A DNA stretch of 64,000 bases from Candidatus Parcubacteria bacterium (GTDB lineage: Bacteria > Patescibacteriota > Minisyncoccia > Phycocordibacterales > UBA2100): assembly GCA_003599295.1 (NCBI GenBank), contig QZJK01000001.1:88-64087 (forward strand), given 5' to 3'. Position numbers and translations under genes: made by a program. The notes below the pieces were generated by a model, which saw only the letters and a list, made by a program, of their open reading frames with translations, was not told the origin of the DNA and did no database searches. Of the stretch, positions 57,112 through 64,000 are shown in pieces (positions within the stretch are counted from its first letter, which is position 1; each line of letters begins with the position of its first letter).

Positions 57112-60100
57112 TTACGGGGTTGTGTCTTCAGGGACTTGAGGAGTCGGTTCTGGTGTAGGTTCCGGCGTAGTGGTTGCGGGTTCCGGTTCTGGTGTAGGTT
57201 CGGGAGCAGGTTCTGCTTGCGGTGAGCTTGTTGAATCCGGTTCAGTCTGCCCCGACTCGTCAGGCGTCGGGGATGTCGGTTCTGGCTCCGGAGGAGTCGT
57301 GGTCGCGGTATCAGGCGGCGGCGTTGTCCCTGTCTCTTCTGGCGGTGGGGTCGGAGTCGGCTCGTACACCTCGACGATGCGCGTCGCTACTGTGGCATTG
57401 TCGTCTTTGTCTACGGCGCGATAGGTTATCTCATAGGTCGTCGAGGTTGATGTGTCGAGGTGGACGGCGTTCACATGCTCGCCGTCCACAAATACCGTCG
57501 CGATGAGGCCGTCGTCCTTGTCGTCGGAAACGAGAGCGCCCAAGTCGGTGTATGAGCTGCCGACCGCGACGCGCGCAGGGTTGTCGCCCATGATGATTAT
57601 TCTCGGCGCACCAGCCTCTCCCGATGATTGACCTACGAGGTCAATCATTGAAGCTGGGTCGCCCTCGCCATTTCCATCTGCGTCCGTGGATGTAGAGGTA
57701 GAGGTAGACACCGCGGCTCCCGCAGCCATCGCCTCAAGGTCATCTCCGTCCACACAAAATTCGGTGCCGTCGGACTTTTCTACGCAGATCTCTTTTGTAT
57801 GCACACGATTCGCAAAGAAATCCGTAATCCCGTTCGCCGCGTCGGCGAACCAGGATGCGATGCTCCCAAAGAGCCGTCCGAGGAAACTGTTGTCGAAATA
57901 TGAGGGGGAAGTGGAGGTGGCTTGCTCCGAGCTCATGGCAGTTGAACTCGCGCTCGTGATGTCGGATGTGGTCGCGCTGGTGGTGGTCGTAGCGGGGCCG
58001 AAGAGCCGCTCGGTAAATGCGGTGATGAGGCGCTCCACGAATCCCGGTGTCGTGGTCGCGGTAGAGCTTGCGGCAGAGTTGGTGGCAAGCAGTGCATCAG
58101 TGAGCGCACTCAAGCTAATCCCTGGCTGGAGGTCAATAAATATTTCGATGAGTTCATCTTCGCTTGCGCCGCCCGTGTACGGCTCAAGCGCAATGCCAAC
58201 CGTCGCGTCAAAGAGTGTCGCTTTGCGGCCAACGCCCGGCGTTGATGAGAGCGCGATACGGTCGCCGATATTAATCTCACCGCCTTCTATAGTTACCTTC
58301 GTCGGCACGCGGCCCTTGAGAGCTACTGGCCGCTGGCCAAAGGGCTGCTTGGTGTCTCCGAGCAAGAGACCTGGTTTGGTCGAGATAACCCCCGCAAGTG
58401 GGCGGTCTGCTGCCGCGTCTGCTAGAGAGACTGCTATTGGATAGCTCGTTGCAATCGCAACGATGTCTCCCGCCTCAACACCTGGACCCTCCACAGCATA
58501 GAGCTCTGCCAGGTCTGCGCCGCTGTTGGAGATGGTGTAGATATATATGGTGACACCGCCGTGGCCGCCTTGGCCGCCGTCGCCGCCGGTGGTGCCGGCG
58601 CCGCCACCACCACCACCACCCATGGTGCCGTTGACGCCGTTGACGGAGCCCTGTATGCCGCCGTCGCCGCCGCCAAGAAAGCCGCCGAGGACGCTGCCGG
58701 TTTCGCCGGTTTCGCCGAGTTCGCTGTGGGCGCCGGTCTGGCCGTTGCCGTTGCTGTTGCCGGCGCCGCCACCGCCACCGCCGGGGCCGCCGGAGTTGCT
58801 GGCGCCGTTGTTGCCGGCGCCACCGGAGCCGCCGGTGTAGTTGAAATCACCCCCCGAGCCGGTGCCGCCGGTGCCGATGGTGGTGTTGGCACTTCCGCCG
58901 CCGCCGGCACCACCTGTCGCTTGGATGGTAGGGCTGGTGCATGCGGTTGCATTCGTTCCGTAGCAGGTGGTGCCTCCTGCCGTGCCCGTGCCAGTGCCGG
59001 TGTTCCCCGCGCCGCCTGCGGCGACGGTGTAGTAGCTTGCGGTCGTGTTCGTAATTATCTTCCGAGAATAGCCGCCTCCGCCACCGCCGTTGCCGCCGTC
59101 ATCGGCGGCATCTTCGCCGCCTCCGCCACCGCCGCCGCTTCCCCAAACCTCTGCGGTGTAGTACTGGGTGTTTGATGGGAGAGTAAGCACGCCTGCAGAA
59201 AAACTTGGGGAGCTGTCGACGGCTCCAGTAAAGACGACAGAGACGTTCGAGCCCGGCGTCGATGTGGAGTATACGAACGCAAGCGCTGTTGTCTCCCCTA
59301 TGCACTCGCCATTGCGGGCATAGCAGCCCGAGGTGATGTTGATACCAGTGCCGAATGTTGATGTTGCAGTTGCAGAAATATTTATCGTGTTTGCACCCGT
59401 GTTGCCCAATGAAAGTAATGTACCGGGACTGGAGGTGCCTATGCCGACGTTGCCGGTGTTTTGAACAATGGTGACAAGGTTTGCAGAAAAGGCCCCGGCG
59501 TCTGTCATCTTTTGGAATACCCAACCACCGCCGGTAATACTTGTCCCACCATCGTACACTAATCTTCCGTTCTGATTACCGGTAGTCCGGGTGTCAGACA
59601 TCATAAAGGCCGCTTGGCCTGCCGTGCTAACACTCAACTTTGAAAGAGGGCTCGTCGTCCCGATACCGACGTTGCCGGTACTGGTTACTACCACCTTAGG
59701 TGTATTGGTTGCGCCAGGAGTATCCGCGGTATTAAATGCAAATCCACCGTAACCACCCAAAGTAAGAGCATTAACATTAAACTCGCCATGTAGCCCACGA
59801 CCGATGTAGAGGCCCGCGCCGGTGCTTGTTGCCGCTGCTGCAGTGTCTCCAAAAGACACAACTCCGGTGGTGCCGTCGTAGCCGGATACTTTTAGATTTC
59901 CTTTTACTTCTAACCGGTCAATGGGGGTTGTATCTCCGATACCGACGTCGCCGGTCGAAGTTAGCCGCATTTTTTCTGAGAAGCCCGTCCCGTCCGCCGC
60001 CGTCGAAGGTCCGAAACGGAGATCGTTGACGGTCCCTCCATTCCAGTGGATGGCCGGGCCGACGCTGCTGTGCGCGAACAGTGAAGTGTAGTCGTTGCCA

Positions 60101-63100
60101 GACTCGGCTGCGATATTTGTGCCTTGCCCGCTGGTTTTCCAGACCGCGAGCTGCACGTTCGGAGTCGTCGTCCCGATGCCGACTTTGCCTGCCGTAGTTA
60201 TAGTAAGTGTCGAGGTGCCAACGGCCGTGTCGGTCCCACTAAAGTAGGCAACCTGGCCAGTGGTGCCGGTGAGTGAAGCGCTTCCGCCACCCACACAGGT
60301 ATCGTTGATGGCGTAGCAGCCGGTCGTGATGTTGAAGCCGACGTTTGAAGTGGAGGTGGCAGAGCCCGAGATGGTGAGACCGGTGACGGTTGTCGTGCCG
60401 AAGCCGGTGCTTGCGATAGAGAACGGAGAGTTAACGGTGTCGACGAGCGCATCGGAGGTCGTTGCGAGCTTGAACGTGCCGCCGGTAGATTGCAGGAACC
60501 AGTGTTTGAGGTTGGCGCCTGCACTCGTGTCGGAGAGAGTGAACTTCGGTGTGGTGCTTGCCACATGAAGAATGCTATTGGGGGTCGTGGTACCGATACC
60601 GAATCTGGCGGCCGCTGTAATGCGTGCGGCAACGCCATTGTTTTCGTCAAATGAGGAGTTATTGACGTTGAAACTTATCCCTTTGGTGGCACCTGCTTGT
60701 AGTACGACAAAGTTACTGTCGAGTCCAACGTTTCCTCGACTGTCGCCGAAGTCCACGCGCCAGGTGCCAGCGCCTTGACCAACGTTCACAACACCACCTA
60801 TGACCTCTAAATCACCTGTTGTCGTAGCGTTACCCGAGACTGTGAGGCCACCTGCCCCCGTGCCGTCACCGATAGTAGAAGAAGCGAGGGCGTAGAGCCC
60901 GACATTGAAGCCGATAAGGGTGGAGGTGGAGTTTGCGGCAGTGGAGCCGAAGGTGGTCGGCGTCCACGAGAATGTGCCGCTTCCTGTGCCGCATGCAGTG
61001 CCGGTGTTCGAGATGGTGCCGTTTGTGCTGAAGGTCGCACAACCTGCAGTGCCGCCTGCGCTGGAGACCGTGAGGTTGGTCGTGCTTGCCGTGCCCGAGA
61101 CCGTGATGGCGGTCGAGGAGGCGTATGGGAATGTGGAGGCAGCGGTGGTGGAGGTTGCGACAAAGTGTGAGGCGTCTACGAGTGAAGTGAAGCGTGCGTT
61201 TCCGGTTACGTCGAGATTGTAGGTGGGGGAAGTGTCTCCGATCCCGATGTTGCCGCTATTATCTATTACAAACCTGCTCGTTGTTGCTGTTCCGGCGGCA
61301 TTGATATAGTTAATCGTAAACAAGCTACTAGATTCAAACGCTGCATTAGATGCCTTTCCTCCAATCACCCATGCGGAATAACCGCTGTTGATTCTTGTTC
61401 CTGTATTGGCCACCTCACCAGGATTATCAATATAAGCGTTCACACCAAAGAAACCTAGCTGATGGTTCCCATCGCCGGTGCGTACTCCCATAACAACATC
61501 GTCCGCACCGTTCACATTGCTTGTAACACGCAACATTTCCAGACCCGACGAGGCATCATCTCTTGATAAATGAAGTAATGACCCCGGATTCGCCGTCCCC
61601 ACCCCTACGTTACCTTTTCCATCAATCACGAAGCGATCGTTGGTGCCGAGTGCGGTGGAGGAAGAAATCTTGAACTTGCCTCCATCAGAGTAGTCCTGAC
61701 CGATAGTCCACTTGTATGGGTCGCCGGTGAGGGAGGAGAATTCGATGGCTGAATCCGCCGTTGAATTAAAAATGGAGAGTTTTTGGTTGGGCGTCGTCGT
61801 CCCTAGCCCCACGTTGCCGGAATAGTCGATTGTCATTGCCGTATTGGTGATACCGCTAGCGTATGAATTTGAAGTGCCGAAATGGAGGTAACTGCCTGAG
61901 GAGGTAACTTGCGAGCCGATGCGAGCTTTTGGAATACCGAATGAGGCCGCGCCACTCACAGCACTTCTGCTTCCGAAATCAATTACAGTATATTCATTTG
62001 CACCCGTACCCGCTTGCACCCGTAGTTGACCATCAGTGGTCCCTGTAAATGCCGAAAGTGCAGTCCCCTCTATATTTAGATTTGTTTCTGGTGTAGTTGT
62101 CCCGATACCGACGTTGCCGGTCGTTGTTATCCTGACCTTTTCGCCCGCGGCAGCATAAAATCGCAAATTGCCCGCATCAGAATCCAAAATCATGTCGGTC
62201 AAGTTATCGCCACCACCGAGATAGCCGATGCGAGTTGCAGCATTGTAGAGAGTTAGGTAATTCTGCGATCCGCCTGTAGCTTCGAGGCGAAGCATCTCTC
62301 CTGAACTACTCGTGACGTTTAACTTTGTTGCAGGTGTCGTCGTCCCGATGCCGACGTTGCCGTTTTCATTGACCATCAGGAGGGATGTGCTCACTTGTCC
62401 CGTGCCTGCCGCTAACGTTTGAAAATGGAACCCGCCGCCGCCGAAGGACATGATGGACCCCTGCCTGCCTGCATGGTCGGTCGTTCCCGTGAACGGGCTC
62501 GTATAGTTGAGAGGCTGAAGACTCGAGGTCACGTTCACCCCGCTGGTAAGCAATGTGAGTTCTCCGTCCGGCCCTTGGTAGAGGCGCGCGGATCCAGCGA
62601 GAGCGGTAGCCGCTTTATTCTCCCACTGAGCCAAAAGTTCTCCGGTTGCCGACGTGCCGTACACATGGAGCTTCGTCGAGGGCGATGTCGTCCCGATACC
62701 GACGTTGCCGCTGTCGAGAATGCGCATCGCTTCGGTGAGCGTGCCGGAACGGAGCGTCGAGAAAGCGAGGTTGCCGGCTCCGCCGTTGTAATTCTGGGTG
62801 AGGATGCCGGTAATGGCCCCCGTCGAGGTGGCGTTCACGAGGTCTTTGGTGCGGAAGGAGAGGCGGGAGGCGGTCGAAGTGGCGGAGAAATCGTTCGTGA
62901 GGTAGAGCTGGTCAGCGGTGGCGCCCGAAGAAGAGTTGGTGACGTCGAGTTTCGTTCCCGGCGTTGAGGTGCCGATGCCGACGTTGCCTGTTGTTGATTG
63001 CAACACTACGGCCCCAGATTCGTTATCTATTTTCAGTGGGATTGCGCCAGTACCTTGGATCCCTTTTTGCACACCACCCGCCTGGAACAACATATACTCT

Positions 63101-64000
63101 GTGCCCGGTGAGGACGCATTGGAAATCTTGAGCGCGTTTCCAGTCCCGGCGTTGGTCAAGACCGTGAGGGGCGTGTCGGGTGTCGTCGTCCCGATGCCGA
63201 CGCGTTGCGACGAATCGATTCGAACCGCTTCGGTACCCGATGTGCGGAACCTCATGCTTGAGCCAGCCTCCGCTCCATAAAAGTCGAAAAGGTCGTTCGT
63301 CCCGTCGTAACTAATCATTGCATACCGTGTCGAAGCGTCCGAGATATCACCGATGACGGTCGTGTTGCTTCCTGCACTCGGATGCAAACGAATGCCTTGG
63401 TTCGTAGTCGTGAAGAGATAGAGTGGTGCGATTGTGTTATTCGTCGAAGGTTGAGAACCATTCGCGCCGCCGATTATGTTACTGGAGAAATAGGCTTTGA
63501 GTGTAGTCGTCGCTCCTCCTGAAATGGTGAGTCCGCCTGCTTGAGCGCCGTTCCCGATGGTGGTGGACGCGAGGAAGAGGTTGCCGCCAGTGAACCTGTT
63601 GTTGCCCGAGAAGGTGTTGGAGTCGGCAAGGAGAGTTGAGGAGGCGAACGTCCACGTGGAGGTGGAGAAGGTGTAGAGCGCGCCGGTCGAGTCGGCTGCG
63701 AGGGCGCCGGAAGTGTAATTGGAGAGAGTGAGCGTGGAGGTGGCGGTGAGTGCGCCGCCGAAGAACGCGGTGCCGCTCACATATGAGTTGCCCTGTACTG
63801 AAAGTGTTTTGGCTGGCGAGGTGGTGCCGATGCCGACGAGGCCGGAGGAGTTTATTATAAGCCGGGGCGTATAATTGGTGCCGAGCCACACGTTACTAAC
63901 GCCAGACAGGCCTACGGCGTAATCACCGCCGAAGGTATTATTGGGATCTCCATAGGAAAGATGGCCAACAGTGAAGTCACCTACTGACCCGGCGTTGAGA
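57112..64000 (-). CDS. Giant Ser/Thr/Gly-rich surface/fibre protein (>2259 aa; 5' end outside the window)
   Basis: Frame stays open from 63891 to the window edge; 14 GNVGIGTTxP-type motifs, poly-Gly domain, ADLAE...GVIST...GRVP chaperone-like domain, DUF5011-like Ig domain, PT/PE tail. Confidence 0.9.
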   Translation of the reverse strand, partial: LNAGSVGDFTVGHLSYGDPNNTFGGDYAVGLSGVSNVWLGTNYTPRLIINSSGLVGIGTTSPAKTLSVQGNSYVSGTAFFGGALTATSTLTLSNYTSGALAADSTGALYTFSTSTWTFASSTLLADSNTFSGNNRFTGGNLFLASTTIGNGAQAGGLTISGGATTTLKAYFSSNIIGGANGSQPSTNNTIAPLYLFTTTNQGIRLHPSAGSNTTVIGDISDASTRYAMISYDGTNDLFDFYGAEAGSSMRFRTSGTEAVRIDSSQRVGIGTTTPDTPLTVLTNAGTGNALKISNASSPGTEYMLFQAGGVQKGIQGTGAIPLKIDNESGAVVLQSTTGNVGIGTSTPGTKLDVTNSSSGATADQLYLTNDFSATSTASRLSFRTKDLVNATSTGAITGILTQNYNGGAGNLAFSTLRSGTLTEAMRILDSGNVGIGTTSPSTKLHVYGTSATGELLAQWENKAATALAGSARLYQGPDGELTLLTSGVNVTSSLQPLNYTSPFTGTTDHAGRQGSIMSFGGGGFHFQTLAAGTGQVSTSLLMVNENGNVGIGTTTPATKLNVTSSSGEMLRLEATGGSQNYLTLYNAATRIGYLGGGDNLTDMILDSDAGNLRFYAAAGEKVRITTTGNVGIGTTTPETNLNIEGTALSAFTGTTDGQLRVQAGTGANEYTVIDFGSRSAVSGAASFGIPKARIGSQVTSSGSYLHFGTSNSYASGITNTAMTIDYSGNVGLGTTTPNQKLSIFNSTADSAIEFSSLTGDPYKWTIGQDYSDGGKFKISSSTALGTNDRFVIDGKGNVGVGTANPGSLLHLSRDDASSGLEMLRVTSNVNGADDVVMGVRTGDGNHQLGFFGVNAYIDNPGEVANTGTRINSGYSAWVIGGKASNAAFESSSLFTINYINAAGTATTSRFVIDNSGNIGIGDTSPTYNLDVTGNARFTSLVDASHFVATSTTAASTFPYASSTAITVSGTASTTNLTVSSAGGTAGCATFSTNGTISNTGTACGTGSGTFSWTPTTFGSTAANSTSTLIGFNVGLYALASSTIGDGTGAGGLTVSGNATTTGDLEVIGGVVNVGQGAGTWRVDFGDSRGNVGLDSNFVVLQAGATKGISFNVNNSSFDENNGVAARITAAARFGIGTTTPNSILHVASTTPKFTLSDTSAGANLKHWFLQSTGGTFKLATTSDALVDTVNSPFSIASTGFGTTTVTGLTISGSATSTSNVGFNITTGCYAINDTCVGGGSASLTGTTGQVAYFSGTDTAVGTSTLTITTAGKVGIGTTTPNVQLAVWKTSGQGTNIAAESGNDYTSLFAHSSVGPAIHWNGGTVNDLRFGPSTAADGTGFSEKMRLTSTGDVGIGDTTPIDRLEVKGNLKVSGYDGTTGVVSFGDTAAAATSTGAGLYIGRGLHGEFNVNALTLGGYGGFAFNTADTPGATNTPKVVVTSTGNVGIGTTSPLSKLSVSTAGQAAFMMSDTRTTGNQNGRLVYDGGTSITGGGWVFQKMTDAGAFSANLVTIVQNTGNVGIGTSSPGTLLSLGNTGANTINISATATSTFGTGINITSGCYARNGECIGETTALAFVYSTSTPGSNVSVVFTGAVDSSPSFSAGVLTLPSNTQYYTAEVWGSGGGGGGGEDAADDGGNGGGGGGYSRKIITNTTASYYTVAAGGAGNTGTGTGTAGGTTCYGTNATACTSPTIQATGGAGGGGSANTTIGTGGTGSGGDFNYTGGSGGAGNNGASNSGGPGGGGGGAGNSNGNGQTGAHSELGETGETGSVLGGFLGGGDGGIQGSVNGVNGTMGGGGGGGAGTTGGDGGQGGHGGVTIYIYTISNSGADLAELYAVEGPGVEAGDIVAIATSYPIAVSLADAAADRPLAGVISTKPGLLLGDTKQPFGQRPVALKGRVPTKVTIEGGEINIGDRIALSSTPGVGRKATLFDATVGIALEPYTGGASEDELIEIFIDLQPGISLSALTDALLATNSAASSTATTTPGFVERLITAFTERLFGPATTTTSATTSDITSASSTAMSSEQATSTSPSYFDNSFLGRLFGSIASWFADAANGITDFFANRVHTKEICVEKSDGTEFCVDGDDLEAMAAGAAVSTSTSTSTDADGNGEGDPASMIDLVGQSSGEAGAPRIIIMGDNPARVAVGSSYTDLGALVSDDKDDGLIATVFVDGEHVNAVHLDTSTSTTYEITYRAVDKDDNATVATRIVEVYEPTPTPPPEETGTTPPPDTATTTPPEPEPTSPTPDESGQTEPDSTSSPQAEPAPEPTPEPEPATTTPEPTPEPTPQVPEDTTP
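57624..57648. repeat. REP-like palindrome, copy 4 (in frame inside the giant gene; MIDLVGQS)
   Basis: atgattgacct-acg-aggtcaatcat; a T-A pair is replaced by C-G relative to copy 3. Confidence 0.8.
59654..62710 (-). repeat. Dispersed 24-bp repeat encoding GNVGIGTT
   Basis: gtcgtcccgataccgacgttgccg identical at 59654-59677 and 62687-62710; 1 mismatch at 62096-62119 and 62339-62362; more degenerate copies near 59435, 59935, 60165, 61795, 62965, 63185, 63825. Confidence 0.85.

Noticed and set aside
59430-63850. 24-bp repeats as a CRISPR array
   Set aside because: Spacing is irregular and hundreds of bp, the copies are degenerate and in frame in one ORF, and there are no cas genes.
57112-64000. 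Diversity-generating retroelement or shufflon acting on the giant gene
   Set aside because: No reverse transcriptase, no TR/VR pair with adenine-specific differences, no invertase, and all repeats are in direct orientation.
57112-64000. Prophage (tail-fibre gene)
   Set aside because: No capsid, terminase, portal or integrase genes in the window; the neighbours are gap and a Y1 transposase.

Overview
A 64-kb chromosomal window from a GC-rich bacterium with a reduced genome, most likely Patescibacteria/CPR (Parcubacteria-like). This is inferred from truncated ThrRS, PheS and PheT, a short SMC, a NusB-Nudix fusion, a split transketolase and short-leader promoters. Most of the window is housekeeping: rpoD, dnaG, rpoBC, trmD-khpA-rpsP, smc, rnc, nusB, rpmF, rnhB, dnaE, thrS, gyrB, pheST, tRNA-Thr, tsf, rpsB, prfA, rpmE, rplY and a gap-rpiB-rpe-tkt cluster. 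Three things stand out. (1) A 23-37 kb cell-surface island has three secreted proteins ending in a shared LPXTG-like signal (LxQIPYTG + TM helix + unusually long tail, conserved in two of them), a nearby sortase with intact His/Cys/Arg, and many orphan genes, most with their own promoter, SD and terminator. (2) A HUH/Y1 (RAYT-like) transposase has a 25-bp palindrome at its start, inside its coding sequence, at its stop, and (with a compensatory base-pair change) in frame inside the neighbouring giant gene. (3) That giant gene (>2259 aa, running off the window) has 14 GNVGIGTTxP motifs, several encoded by a near-identical 24-bp DNA sequence that separates modules of visibly different base composition, suggesting module shuffling. 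All calls come from reading the sequence and recognising motifs; no database search was run.
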